Source of the DNA: Nemertoderma westbladi
Taxonomy: Eukaryota; Animalia; Xenacoelomorpha
DNA: 54,780 bases
Direction: 5' to 3'
Assembly (NCBI GenBank): GCA_032718475.1
Contig: JAUCBJ010004920.1
Span: 1 to 54,780 of the forward strand
Part shown: piece by piece, positions 23,401 to 37,734 of the stretch
How the letters are laid out: every line of letters starts with the position of its first letter
Position numbering within the stretch: the stretch's first letter is position 1
The notes under the pieces: generated by a model
What the model saw: the letters and a program-made list of their open reading frames with translations, nothing else
What the model was told of the DNA's origin: nothing
Databases searched by the model: none
Translations under genes and position numbers: made by a program

Positions 23401-25692
23401 AGGGTGTAGCCACGGAACTTCAGATAACATGGGATATACATGGTGTAGCCAAGGAACTTCAGAGAACATGTGATATACATACATGGTGTAGCCACGGAAC
23501 TTCAGAGAACATTATGATATACATGGTGTAGCTACGGAACTTCAGAGAACATGGGATATACAGGGTGTAGCCACGGAACTTCAGAGAACATGTGATATAC
23601 ATGGTGTAGCCACGGAACTTCAGATAACATGGGATATACATGGTGTAGCCAGGGAACTTCAGAGAACATGGGATATACATGGTGTAGCCACGGAACTCCA
23701 GAGAACATATGATCGACCTATACATGGTGTAGCCACGGAACTTCAGAGAACATGTGATATACAGGGTGTAGCCACGGAACTTCAGATAACATGGGATGTA
23801 CATGGTGTAGCCACGTAACTTCAGAGAATATGTGATATACATGGTGTAGCCACGGAACTTCAGAGAACAAATGATATACATGGTGTAGCCACGGAACTTC
23901 AGAGAATATATGATCGACCTATACATGGTGTAGCCACGGAACTTCAGAGAACATGTCATATACATGGTGTAGCCACGTAACTTCAGAGAACATGTGATAT
24001 ACATGGTGTAGCCACGGAACTTCAGAGAACATATGATCGACCTATACATGGTGTAGCTACGTAACTTCAGAGAATATGTGATATACATGGTGTAGCCACG
24101 GAACTCCAGAGAACATGTGATATACATGGTGTAGCCACGGAACTTCAGAGAACAAATGATATACATGGTGTAGCCACGGAACTTCAGATAACATGGGATA
24201 TATGTACATGGTGTAGCCACGGAACTCCAGAGAATATATGATCGACCTATACATGGTGTAGCCACGGAACTTCAGAGAACATGTCATATACATGGTGTAG
24301 CCACGTAACTTCAGAGAACATGTGATATACATGGTGTAGCCACGGAACTTCAGAGAACATATGATCGACCTATACATGGTGTAGCTACGTAACTTCAGAG
24401 AATATGTGATATACATGGTGTAGCCACGGAACTCCAGAGAACATGTGATATACATGGTGTAGCCACGGAACTTCAGAGAACAAATGATATACATGGTGTA
24501 GCTACGGAACTTCAGAGAACATGTGATATACATGGTGTAGCCAGGGAACTTCAGAAAACATGTGATATACATGGTGTAGCCACGGAACTTCAGAGAACAA
24601 ATGATATACATGGTGTAGCCACGGAACTTCAGATACCATGGGATATACAGTATGTACATGGTGTAGCCACGGAACTCCAGAGAACATATGATCGACCTAT
24701 ACATGGTGTAGCCACGGAACTCCAGAGAACATATGATCGACCTATACATGGTGTAGCCACGTAACTTCAGAGAATATGTGATATACATGGTGTAGCCACG
24801 GAAATTCAGAGAACAAATAATATATGTGACGGGATCAGGGATCCCAATCGGGTAATTGTAGTACGCATCACCGTTCTGCTTGGGGATGGTGCTAACAGCT
24901 TTGGCCGAGGCCGTTGGGGAAAAACAATAGAGTTACTGTTGTCTCTTGATGTTAGAAAAATGTTCGATGATAGCACACTGAATAACAGCAGAAATACAGA
25001 TAAACTGGTTACCGGTATGATAGTGCCGATGACAGTCAATAATTATTACCGGTCTGCACCAAACTGAATAACACAACTGATATACCAATCCAACAATCTG
25101 ATAATATATAACTGATACACTGAATATTGTTTCACTTCCTACTCTACTTTGGCCTTCTACCCAATGGATGCTTTCCTGTTCCCTATCACGTGCTTCCCTT
25201 ACCTCCCCTCTATTGGCTAATATACTACTTGTCACCTTGGCACTCTCTGGGAGTGTTTCCCCTCCGCTGCTAGCCTCTACTAGCTGTATTCCCTTCGAGG
25301 TGGTTTGACCTCTCACCTTCCTTTCTATGTGGCTTTGGGGCTTGTGTTGCCCCCCCCCCCCCCCCCCCCCCAATGTTGGTTGTGATACGAGATTGATATT
25401 GGTAATCTCGTATCTCCAACATATTGCTGAAAATGCCACTATCCCTTTTTCTGGTGGGTAATGAAGTGGAATTGAATCCGCTTACAATATACATGGTGTA
25501 GCCACGGAACTTCAGATAACATGGGATATATGTACATGGTGTAGCCACGGAACTCCAGAGAACATATGATCGACCTATACATGGTGTAGCCACGGAACTT
25601 CAGATAACATGGGATGTACATGGTGTAGCCACGGAACTTCAGATAACATGGGATATACCGGGTACATGGGTACCGGTAGCCACGGAACTTCA
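20478..25692. repeat. Minisatellite array, 39-bp unit (43/45-bp variants) GAGAACATGTGATATACATGGTGTAGCCACGGAACTTCA
   Basis: Over 100 tandem units; ~980-bp higher-order duplication; interrupted at 24825-25486. Confidence 0.97.
24825..25486. mobile_element. Solo LTR inserted in the minisatellite
   Basis: TGT...ACA termini with a 5-bp TSD ATATA on both sides, inside one repeat unit. Confidence 0.75.
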
Positions 25693-26529
25693 AGAAACCG
25701 CATTAGTGCCGTCGAAGTATCCACGGCCACGCCGAGGAATACGTCTTGCAGTAGGTCTAGCTTGTCACAGGGATCCGATACACGTATTGGTTGGTCAAAG
25801 CCGATTCGGTTGGTGTAGAGTCTGTCGCTAAATAAAATAGGTTGGCCCAATACTGTATAGCGAGGAAACCTCATAAACTTGATCATAAAATGGACTGAAT
25901 ACAATAGTACTTTTAACACATGTGTCACAGTCACATATGGCATTGGATATTAGAAAATACAATGATTTATTTCTATTAAATCTCTTTCCGTCTGTAGAGC
26001 AGTTATATTATGTTGTATCCTTCCTAGAAATTTTCAAATTACGTTTTTGTATTTGCCTGTTAAACAAAGTGATCTACACTCTACAGTAGGCCTACGCACT
26101 ACAAACGAAATCTCAGCCGCAGAAATTGATTGAAAGGAGCTGTCATCGAGCCGTCAAGCTATCAAGGAGCTGTCATCGAGCCGTCAAGCTATCAAGGAGC
26201 TCCCATCAAACACATGAGTTGTCAACTTATTGTGCCGGTATTGTAGTCCTACACAACTATTGTAAATAGCCTAAAACAATACAACACGTTTGTGGGGCCT
26301 TCGCACAGCACGAGACAGTACGTACGTACCAAGTTTGATTTAATTTCATCTACTCTATGATTGACCGACTTATTTCGGTTTTTATCCAAAGTCTGAAACT
26401 ACCGGTACCGACAGACAGACTGACTCATTATTGACAAACATCAGATTTTTTCTAAACCTTTGACGGACTGCATACGTACAAACGTTGGTTTAATTTCAGC
26501 ACTGATTGTTTGCTTTTTATTCAAGAATT

Positions 26530-27619
26530 TACGGAGCCCGGGAGGGGACATGAAAAAAATACGTGTTACTAACATGAGCCCTCATGATAGCTATCACGAG
26601 TCCTCATGATAGCTAAGACGAGCCCACATGATAGCTAACACGAGCCCACATGATAGCTAACACGAGCCCACATGATAGCTAAGACGAGCCCTCATGGCTA
26701 ACACGAGCCCTCAGGATAGAAACAAGGAATCGGGTTAGCAAATACAAGGAACAAATTTCAAATTTCATATTTAAAAAGTAAAGTAGCACTTTGCAGTGTG
26801 ATGATCCGAGTGGCTTTGTTACACGAACGAACGTAATGAGTGAGTGAAATTAAAGCCACGAGGATCAGAACACTTTAAAGTACTTTGCAACAAGTATGTA
26901 TGTAGTTTTATTCCAAAATTGTAACATTACGAATTGATTATATATTATAAGTGATAGAAACTGCACAAATTAAATTAGTTCTGTATAAATAAATGTAAAA
27001 ATGTAAATTATGTTATATAAAATTTAGCTTATATTTATGGTGGCGTTTGGAGCCATGTTAATAGTTTATAGCTACTGGTTATTAATAGCTACCGGTAGGT
27101 AATGTATTCCTATCTGGTAATATCTGTAATCTATAATGTATGCCTATCTGGTTGTCAGGTAATTAATAATAAATACCACGCTATTGTATGTGGTAACCAT
27201 GAAGGCGTGAATTTACGGTCACGCCGTCGGGACATTACATAAATAATAATACACCAATACAATACTAAATATACAGGCCAATACAATACTGTAATGTCCT
27301 CTAAAGTTGTTAAGTGCTAAATAACAACTCGCTGTTAATTCTAACGGCGATGAGTAATGTTACAATTTTGGAATAATAATAATCCCCTGAGATGCAATTT
27401 TAAATTCCCTCCAATTTAGTTCTCCTATGTTACAACCAATCAAACAACACCAATTTTGTAATATTAACGTAAATGGTCGTGTTAGAGCTATCCTGAGGGC
27501 TCGTGATGCTACAGTATCATGAGGGCTCGTGATAGTAACACGAGGTCTCGTGTTAGTAACATCAGGGCTCGTGTTTAGTAACATCAGGGCTCGTGTTAGA
27601 AAAATATTTTTTTTCATGT
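26530..27619. mobile_element. MITE-like element with inverted ends and ~22-bp subterminal repeats
   Basis: ACATGAAAAAAATA followed by repeated ACGAGCCC units on the left; GGGCTCGTG repeats and TATTTTTTTTTCATGT on the right; outer right TIR missing. Confidence 0.6.
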
Positions 27620-27642
27620 AAAAAAACGTGCAAAATAATTAT

Positions 27643-27790
27643 TGCCACGGCTAGGATTTGAACATATGCTGGAAGATCCCATTGGATTAACCTAACGTAC
27701 GTACACGCCGTACACCGTACGTACACGCCGTACACCGTACGTACACGCCGTACACCGCATACCCAGTCCAACGCCTTTAACCATGATCGA
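27643..27790 (-). pseudogene. tRNA-Ser-derived sequence with a 76-nt repetitive insert at the anticodon
   Basis: Minus strand TGGTTAAAGGCGTTGGACT[insert]AATCCAATGGGATCTTCC..GTTCAAATCC resembles the tRNA-Ser D arm, anticodon stem, variable arm and T arm. Confidence 0.6.
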
Positions 27791-28511
27791 GGCAGAAGAT
27801 GCATAATGACATTTTATAAAGGCTGAACTGTGGGGTGGGGTGGGGTGAGACACGTCGTCGCGAGCCTTGGCATACGGTTCATAAAATGGTGCATGTCCGT
27901 ATGTCTGTCTATTATACCCCTTTTGGAGCGACAAAAATGTCATATATTTTCTTAAATATAGGCTTAGCTTTCGTGAAGTTTACTACAGATATCAATTAGT
28001 GTATGGCGGTTAGGTTTTAGGATTAGGGTTGCGATACATACCTGTATGTTGAACATTTTATTATATTTGTTTTTGTTGGTTGTTTTTTGTTTGTTTTGAT
28101 TGTGTCCTTTGCTGGCCCTAGGGTCTGAGTTACTAATTTGCGCTTATTGTCCTGATTATATATTTATTGTATTTTGAGGGGTGTAATACTACTATTATCT
28201 TTTAGTTAATACTGTAGGCATCCCATCTCGGTGAATTAATATCTGACTCAATGGTAAATTATTTCCGTTTATGAAAAGGTGGAAGTGCAGGATAGAGTGG
28301 CACGTTATTCAAACGAAAACAATAAATTAAAGGCAATAGCACTGGTCTGCTGGTTGCAGTTCAAATTATGAGAGTAATCAGCTGATATTTGTACCGTCCC
28401 AATTTACCCATGGAGAGGTATCCAGAACACACACATACCCCAGGAAGCGCAGGACATTTACAAAAGACATGAAGATTCGACTATACGTATTCAGTTTTCA
28501 CCCATGATCTA

Positions 28512-29619
28512 TGAGGCGCCGTTAACGCCAAAAGGTCAGCAAAAATATTAGAGGATTTAAAAACATTTTTTTCGGCCGAAATTTCGGCCGAAATATTTTA
28601 TTACATTTTCAGCTCTTTCATTTGATGAAATTTCGACCGAAATTGCGGCCGCAATATTTTATTTCATTTTTTCAGCTCTTCCATTTGATGACATTTTCGG
28701 CCGAAATTTTTCGGCCTTGATTTCCCAAGTTTTGGAGGGAAAATTGAAATGATCTTTGAAGTACGTATTTTATTTTGTTGCTTAGAATCTTGTTTCCTGA
28801 ACATTTTCATCATAATCAGGCCTACATCAATTCGTTGTTGCCTGGGCAACGGCCTATTGCAATGAAACACAGAATATCATGATATTGTAATATGAACTGG
28901 GATAATAATAATAACAACGATTTGATGTGTAGAATGTATAGAATGTATAGAATGTATAGAATGTATAGAATGTATAGAATGTATAGAATGTATAGAATGT
29001 ATAGAATGTATAGAATGTATAGAATGTATAGAATGTATAGAATGTATAGAATGTATAGAATGTATAGAATGTATAGAATGTATAGAATGTATAGAATGTA
29101 TAGAATGTATAGAATGTATAGAATGTATAGAATGTATAGAATGTATAGAATGTATAGAATGTATAGAATGTATAGAATGTATAGAATGTATAGAATGTAT
29201 AGAATGTATAGAATGTATAGAATGTATAGAATGTATAGAATGTATAGAATGTATAGAATGTATAGAATGTATAGAATGTATAGAATGTATAGAATGTATA
29301 GAATGTATAGAATGTATAGAATGTATAGAATGTATAGAATGTATAGAATGTATAGAATGTATAGAATGTATAGAATGTATAGAATGTATAGAATGTATAG
29401 AATGTATAGAATGTATAGAATGTATAGAATGTATAGAATGTATAGAATGTATAGAATGTATAGAATGTATAGAATGTATAGAATGTATAGAATGTATAGA
29501 ATGTCATCAAAAGGAAAAGCTGAAAATGTAATAAAATATTTCGGCCGAAATTTCGGCTGAAAATATGTTTTTAAATCCACTAATATTATTGCTGACCTTT
29601 TTGCGTTAACGACACCTCA
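28512..29619. mobile_element. MITE with ~120-bp TIRs and TA TSD (Tc1/mariner-like)
   Basis: TA|TGAGGCGCCGTTAACGC...GCGTTAACGACACCTCA|TA; internal TTTCGGCCGAAA palindromes. Confidence 0.8.
28929..29503. repeat. Perfect (AGAATGTAT)n microsatellite, ~63 copies
   Basis: Direct inspection. Confidence 0.98.
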
Positions 29620-30099
29620 TAATGATGTAATCAACTATGAGACAATGTTCAGATTAGGTACAACATGCCGACGTTACCAGTGAAATACCCCAATTAGCTT
29701 GAAATTATCAAATAATGTAATAATTTAAATCACTTGCTGAACGAAATTAAATATGAACCAACACATTCAATAATGATCGTTCACTTTTCATTCAGTTTTG
29801 CGTTAATTTGTTTGTATCAACAATACAGTAGGCCTACAGTATCTAAAATATGCACGATATTCATAAGATGACCATAATAAATAATCTATCTCAATTACGT
29901 TTTTGATAATCAAAATTATTTACAACATAAGCCTAACAAAATTAAGCACTTCGTAATTATAACACTTTTAATATTGCCCGGCATCTACATAAAAGAATAA
30001 GATAAAAATAACAATTTAAATAATCCAATGACAATATAACATAAATTCATACAATACAATGGATACTATCAATATTTGTTTTTATTTACTATTATTATT

Positions 30100-32560
30100 A
30101 AGAACCGGATTGTACAAATGATGATGGCAGGAGCTCCATTAGGTCATCCAGGGGCGCTACATAGAACTGTCCTCCCCCCAGCGAAGAGGACAGGGCCTAG
30201 TTCCTGGACGAGGTGGCGATTCGTCAGTCAGAGAAACGGACCGGCCGGCGGACACGACGGCCTCAGCATGTTACAGTTGCTGGAGGCTGTTGAGGTAGTG
30301 GAATGGGCTGGGAAGGAGGCTGAGTTGTTAGGTAGGCAGCATTCTGCCAGTCCACAGAGATAGTATATTCTTTGACATTGCGGTCGACGATGAAGGATTT
30401 GGCACCAGCATGTAGGCCGCGGAAGGGTCTGTCATACGGTCGCTTGAAGGGTGTGCGGTGAGCGTCGTGGCGGATGTACTCGTGTGTGGCATTGTCGAGG
30501 GCCGGTGGTGTGTGGAATACGACAGGAGGTGGCTGGATGGAGCGCATGTCAGCTTGCAGCTGACAGAGGAAAGTGTTAGAGGGGACTGTTGTGCGCGAGG
30601 TCTCTGGCACAAACTCACCTGGCACACACAGGGCTGTGCCATAGACAAGCGCAGCTGCTGATGCATTATTGCCCTCACACCAGGAGGTACGAATGCCAAG
30701 TAGCTCGTCCATCCAATTGGGTCAAGTTAGGCGTTCCTTCAGTGCGGCATTCAGCTGCCGGTGCATCCGCTCCATACCATTGGCAGAAGGGTGTTAGGCA
30801 GTCGTGTTGTTATGCGTGGAAATGCTGAGTGTTGTTCCGAGCTCGGACAAGAGGCAGCTAGTAAATTGAGGGCCACGGTCTGATGTTATGTTATTCGGGA
30901 TACCAAAGTGGGAGATCCAGCCACGTATGAGAGTGTGAACACACGTCACAATTTCGCCATTGGTGATTGGTATGGCCTCAGGCCAGTGTGTGAAGTGGTC
31001 TATTATTGTGAAGAGGTAGACATTACCCTCGGACTCAGGAAGGGAGCCAACGAGGTAGACATGCAAACTATCGAAATATCACTCTGGCTGGAGGCATGCA
31101 TTGGGTTATGGGTGCATGCACATGCTGGGTGACCTTTGACACTTGGCAAGTGTGGCATTCACAGCACCAGTGGCTCACATCAGTGCTTGAATCCATGCTA
31201 AACAAAACCAATGGAGAAGGCGAAAGCAAGGGGTTTATGGTCAGTATATACCATCAGCGGCTTGCCCTCGACATAGCGGCAGAAATGGCGGATGTCCTTA
31301 TAGATGGCAAGCAGTTCCCGGTCGAAAGTGCTATAGTTTAATGTTGTGGCTGAGAGCTTTCGCGAGAAAAAACTTGTTGTGCAAGCTCTGCACCGATGCC
31401 GTTGTTGGAGGCATTGGCAGTGACTGATGTGGGTATGGATGGGTTGGGGAGGCGGAGCAGTGTGGCATCTGCTAGGGCAGACTTGGCTGCCACAAATGCA
31501 GGCGTAGGTCCAGGTGATAAACTGTCCCTTTCCAGCACTGGCCTCGTGGAGTGGGTTCAGCTTGGAGGCATGGTACGACTGTACAAATTGATCATACCAA
31601 GGAAACGCTGGAGCTCGAGCTTTGAAGTAGGGATGGGGACATTGGCAATGGCTTCGACATGAGATGGGAGTGGGGGGATCCCAGTGGCGAAGACTAGGTG
31701 GCCAAGGTATTGCAGCTCCGAATCCCCGATGAGGCTCGTTCGCCAGTTCACAATAAGGCTGTTTGTAGCGAGCAGACGGAATACTGGTGCAGGTGCTCAG
31801 CATGCTCCTTGACTGTGCTGCTCAAGATGAGGATGTTGTCTAAGTAGACGAAAACATAATCTATGCCTTGTAATACGCCATCCATCAGCCATTGATAGGC
31901 TTGTGCCGCGTTCTTTAGGCCAAATGGCATGCAAAAGAACTCATAGAGACTGAAAGGCATGATGATGGCAGTAGGATATCATCAGCATGCAGGGGGATAT
32001 AGTGGAAACCTCAGACGAGGTCGATGATGGAGAATAAATGCTTACCTGCAAGGTTATTGTTAAAATCCTGCATTTGTGAAAGCGGGTATCAGTCATCGAT
32101 GGTAACATCATTAAGGTGCCTGTAGTCACTGTGTGGTTGCCACCCACTACCGGGTATTGATTGGGGCAATGTGGAGAGGCGATGACCATGGGGAGGCGGA
32201 GTGGCAGATGATACCGAGGCATTCCATCTCATCAAACTCAACCTTGGCAAGGGCCTATTTCTCACCATCAAGGCGATATGTGCGCGCATGTACCAGTGGG
32301 CCCTCAGCGACAATGTGGTGCTTCGTATTGTGACTGACAGGGTCATCGGGCCGGAAAGTGGAACAAGTACCTCTGGAAAATCGTCCAGGATAGCCTCGAA
32401 ACCGGAGCAGACTAGATGAAGTCCGCTGACATGAGTTGGGTGGGCAGCCCTGGCAGGGATTGGTCGGAAATGGACCAGATTGAGCAGTTGGCGTCCAGCA
32501 AGATCGATGGTGAGACAATTAGTTATAAAAAAATCCGCACCAAGATACTCATGCGTATCA
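30100..32560 (-). mobile_element. Highly degraded Ty3/Gypsy pol (RT-RH-IN) with 3' PPT and LTR start near 30161
   Basis: MPFGLKNAAQAY, VYLDNIL, FFSRKL, FDRELLA, YTDHKPL, YLFTIIDHFTHWPEAIP, SDRGPQFTS; on the minus strand GGGGGAGG..TGTAGCG. Confidence 0.85.
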
Positions 32561-33739
32561 CCTGATACACAAAAAAAAGTCGACCTATCCTGGACCGAAA
32601 TTAAGAATGCATTCCAACAAGCCAAAGAAACTCTACCCTTACGGATAAAACCAAGCAAACGTCAGCTCAAAGACTTGACAATGGAACTTATTAATAGGAG
32701 ACAGTCTCTGATATCGGAACAAATACGAAATAATCAAGCTGTAATATCGATCAATCAATCTGTAATCAATCAATCTGTAATATTAAAGTTAAAGAATGAC
32801 ATCGCCAAACGATGCCGAGAAGAAAAAGAAATGGATATTTTACAACTTGCCAATACTGCACAAACAGCTAATAATATTAATAATTCCCACATTCTATATA
32901 AAACTATTAAAACTCTTGCGAGAAATTTTAAACGAACTCATAAAGAAATTAATGACAAAGATGGGAACCTCCTTAGTGATAAAGGCCAGCAACTGAAACG
33001 CTGGGTAGAATTCTATAGCGAACTCTTAAACCCACCAGATCCCTCAGACCCCATCATGAACCTTCCCGATCCAGACACAGAACTAGATATAGACCTAACA
33101 GAATTTACATCATTGGAATTACGTAAAGCAATTACACAACTCAAACGGAGGAATCACCAGGGCCTGACAATATCACTTCTGAAGAACTACAAGCCATCAA
33201 ACCATACATGAGAAACAGACTCTTAAAACTTTTTAACAGAATCAGGAAGAGATGTAATACACCTGAGGACTGGGGTTTGAGATCCATCGCACTAATACCG
33301 AAACCAGGTGACCATAAAGAATGCACCAACACAAGAGGAATCTCATTAACATCGATACCTGGAAAAGTCTTTTGCTTTATGTTACTTAACCGCTTCAAAT
33401 CGGCATCAGAAGAAAAATTACGTGAAAACCAAGCTGGCTCCCGCACAAAACGAAGCTGTATAGATAATATCTTTATGCTCAGACAGCTGATATACCACCA
33501 CCTATTATATGGTCTTCCTCTAAATATAACATGTATTGACTTCGCCAAAGCCTTTGACAGCGTACATCATCCATCTCTTTTTCCAAATTCTCCTACACTA
33601 TGGCTAACCCAAAAAAGTAATAGATATAATCCAAAACCTGTATGCTTCTGAGTGAGCGTATATCAAAGTCAATGGTGACTGTACCAATATATTTTCTGTA
33701 CTTCAAGAAGTGAGGCAAGGTTGTCTCCTTAGCGCACTT

Positions 33740-36490
33740 TTGGTCTATTGATGAATCCAACTGCACATGCAGCATTGGACAAAATAGACCAAATCTCTAA
33801 CCGCATCATCCGTTGCCACTTCTCATGTTCTGGAAGACTGGCTAAGAAGTTTCCTAAGGTGGTTCTGATTGTGTGCTACTCACCAACTAGTGTTGCCCCT
33901 GTAGAAAGGGTGGAAAATTTCTACCACAATCTACAAGCTGCTACTGTTGGAGTGGATCAGCATGCATTCTTAACATTCCTGGGAGACATTAATGCAAGTC
34001 TGCATCAATCACCTACATCGCCCTGGGTCTATAGCAATAGTGTTAACCGAAATTCCGTCCATCTTCAGGATTTTATCTCTGGAAATGGATTGTTTTCGGC
34101 TGGAACCCAGTTCAAGAAGCAAACTGGAAAGCTATGGACTCATAGTGGACCCAGTGGTCACAAGTCCCAGTTAGACCATATTCTGTTTCGTAGGAAATAC
34201 AGGAGCTCTATACAAGACTGTAATGCATTTACACTTCGACCCTTCTCTATTGATCACCGCCTTATTGTGGCCAAGGTAAGACTTAGTCTGCGTGCTAGCA
34301 GAGCAACGAAATCTGCCTTGCCGCGGCATGACTGGTCCTCTTGATGCAACAGCCAAGTGTGAGATCCAGCTTCGCACTACAGCTGAGCAACAGGTATGAG
34401 GTTCTTGCCTCTGAGGGGGCAGATCACTGTGAGGGCTATACTGCCTTTACAGAAGCAGTTAAGTTAGCAGCTGCAGAAACAGTTCCTGTATACCCTCGAA
34501 ACAGGAAAAGGGCCCCCTGGACTGACAACAAAAATCAGAAGTGCCGAAATGACCTCTATAAGGCGCTGAAAGAGTCCCGCCTCAAACAGACTACAGCGAC
34601 CAAGAATGCAGTTAAGGCTGCATCTAGGTCCCTGAACAGGCAGTACTCTGTTTATCTACAGGAGCTAATAAACCAACAGGTTGATGACATCAATGATGCT
34701 GACGACATCAGGCAACCATCCCAGGCATGGAAATCGATCAACTTGCTTACTGGTCGGAAAAGCCAACCAACCACCAAGGTTAAGGCTGAATCACCAGCCG
34801 ATCGCCTCAATGGTTGGAAGGCCCGCTTTGAAAAGCTCCTCAATAATGACAGGGTATTGCCTGATAAATTTATAAAAGTAAAAGTGTCTGAGTCTGTACT
34901 CCCAGATATTCCCAATGGCGATATCTCCTTTGCAGAAGTGAAGGCTGCTGCAAAGAGCATTAAGACCAATCGTGCCTGTGGAGTAGATGGTGTTCCCCCT
35001 GAGGTCTTTATATTACCTAGTGTTTAAAGCTCATCTATCCTATCATAGTAGACATGTACCGAACAACAAGAATCCCACAAGAATTGGAAACAAATAAGTT
35101 GGTGCCAGTTCCCAAGAAGGGCAACCTAACACTCTATGGTTCTTTTCGGGGAATCTCATTGATCTCGATTGCTGCAAAGCTATACAATAGAAATCTATTA
35201 AATCGCATCAGGGATCCCATTGAGAGACTGCTCCGTGGAAATCAGAATGGGTTACGTAAAGGTCGTGGGACCATGGAGCCCAATAATTGAAGAGTTATCA
35301 AAAAGAAAGACAGGCATCTGGCTGTTATCTTTGTTGACTTCTTCAAGGCCTTTGATTCAGTCTCTCGCTCATGTATGTTCAGCATACTTTCATTATATGG
35401 GATTCCTGATGAAATTAGTCCAGCAATCAGATCAGTATACGATGGTTCGACAACATTTGTGTCTACTTGTTGACGGGGACACAGAACCATTTGGAGTTAT
35501 GGGGCGTCCTCCAGGGAGACACACTTGCACCATTCTTGTTCATAATTGTGGTTGACTATGTTCTACGCATGTCCTCAGATCATCATAATGATGATGGGGT
35601 GATGATAACTCCACCTACTGGCTCCAGAAGTCGAGGAAATCCTGCCAAGTACCTAACTGATCTAGACTTTGCTGATGACTTAGAAGTACTCTCAGAATCG
35701 CTAGAAGGAGCCCAACGGCTCCTCAGCTCATTAGAACATGCTGCTTCTAGTGTTGGACTTTTTATTAACTCCAGAAAGACAACAATTTTGACAGTTAACT
35801 TTGAAAGTCCTCAGCAAGTCTCTGATCGGATGAGCATAAGCTCAAAGGATGGTATGCTTGAACATGTGGACGACTTCTGTTACCTGGGATCGTGGATCCG
35901 GAAGTCAGGTGAGGACGTTCGAATACGTAAGGGTATGGCATGGGCAGCCTTGAATAGGCTTTCCAGGATTTGGAAGTCACCGAGAATTAATCGGAAACTT
36001 AAGGTCCGATTATTTAGAGCAGCAGTAGTTCCAGTTCTCCTCTATGGGAGTCCATGCTGTGCTCTAACTGCTGAGGACACCTAATCTCTGGATGGCACAT
36101 TCACAAGAATGTTACACCGGGTTCATTGTGTAAAGTACAATGCACACATCTCCAACCAGACACTATATAACATTGGAGGTTTCTCATTAGTTTCGCCAAG
36201 CTTGACACTAGAACAAAGTCGCCTCCGCTTTGCAGGACATTGCTTTCGCCTTGAGGACCAGCCAGCGCATAATCTTGTACTTTGGCAGCCTCATGGAGTG
36301 AATAAGCATGGTGGACAGCCCATGACTTTCTTGAGACGCATCTTAAAGGACACTGGCCTTGAAGATGCGGATGATCTAGCAAATGTCATGGGTGATATGG
36401 AATTGTGGCGGCGCAATTTTGTCGACAAGCCGGCACAGCATTCTTAAAAATGCAGTTGCAATGCAGCATGCCGATCCTAGTAGTAGTAGT
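33740..36490 (+). mobile_element. 5'-truncated RTE-like LINE (family B) nested in LINE A; (TAG)n tail
   Basis: APE motifs (CYSPT, LGDINA, QLDHI, DH); RT GVLQGDTLAP and DFADD; ends GATCCTAGTAGTAGTAGT; stops and frameshifts. Confidence 0.9.
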
Positions 36491-37136
36491 TTGTTTAAGT
36501 CATAATTTCCTAGAGGAGTATAACGAGGAAAAAGGAATTGACATAACCTCAGAACACACCACAACAACCTTATTTTGCAGATGATATTAATTTTATACAT
36601 AGTGATGCCATATCCGCTCAAACGCATATGAATTACATACAAGGAGAAGGTCGCAAAGTTGGACTAAAGATCAACCCCAAAAAGTCTGAATCTCTAAAGA
36701 TTCCTACAAATGAAAATCTCGAGATGCCAGTCGTAATTGACAACCAAATTGTGAAATCCGTCATCCAAACAACCTTTATCGGAAGTCTTATATCAAACTT
36801 CAATGACCCAATGACAGCCCTAAAACATAGAATTAGGAAAGCTATACAAAACTATTACCTCTTTTAAACAAAATATGGCGCAATCCAACTATTAGACAGA
36901 GAACTAAGATAAAAGTATACAAATCGATGATTCGCCCGGTCGTACTTTACAGCTTAGAAACGGTTCCGATGTCAGACGCAATTAAGCGACGGCTCGATGC
37001 TGCAGACACAAGAATGTCAAGACGGTTCGTCAAAACACACAACTACGATTACTTTTCAAATGCCGCCTTATTTTGTCGCGCTCAACGGTCCCCAATCTCC
37101 AATACCCTGAAAGTTAAGCGTCTCAGATGGTTTGGA

Positions 37137-37734
37137 CCCCACCCCACATACCTGTTGGTTGTACTCCAGTGACACCCACCACAAACCTGTTGGTTGTACT
37201 CCAGTGACACCCACCACCTACCTGTTGGTTGTACTCCAGTGACACCCCCCACATACCTGTTGGTTGTACTCCAGTGACACCCCCCACATACCTGTTGGTT
37301 GTACTCCAGTGACACCCCCCACATACCTGTTGGTTGTACTCCAGTGACACCCCCCACATACCTGTTGGTTGTACTCCAGTGACACCCCCCACATACCTGT
37401 TGGTTGTACTCCAGTGACACCCCCCACATACCTGTTGGTTGTACTCCAGTGACACCCCCCACATACCTGTTGGTTGTACTCCAGTGACACCCCCCACATA
37501 CCTGTTGGTTGTACTCCAGTGACACCCCCCACAAACCTGTTGGTTGTACTCCAGTGACACCCCCCACATACCTGTTGGTTGTACTCCAGTAACACCCCCC
37601 ACATACCTGTTGGTTGTACTCCAGTGACACCCCCCACCTACCTGTTGGTTGTACTCCAGTGACACACCCCACATACCTGTTGGTTGTACTCCAGTGACAC
37701 CCACCACAAACCTGTTGGTTGTACTCCAGTGACA
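37137..37734. repeat. 35-bp minisatellite (~17 copies) inside LINE A
   Basis: Unit GACACCCCCCACATACCTGTTGGTTGTACTCCAGT, located at the RWFG|H motif. Confidence 0.95.

Noticed and set aside
20478-25692. CRISPR array or repeat-protein ORFs
   Set aside because: No unique spacers, eukaryotic context, and the ORFs arise from the 39-bp period
28822-29580. Long ILY/FYT/MYR ORFs (also 3277-3807, 37082-37765 and 51375-53034)
   Set aside because: Translations of simple repeats
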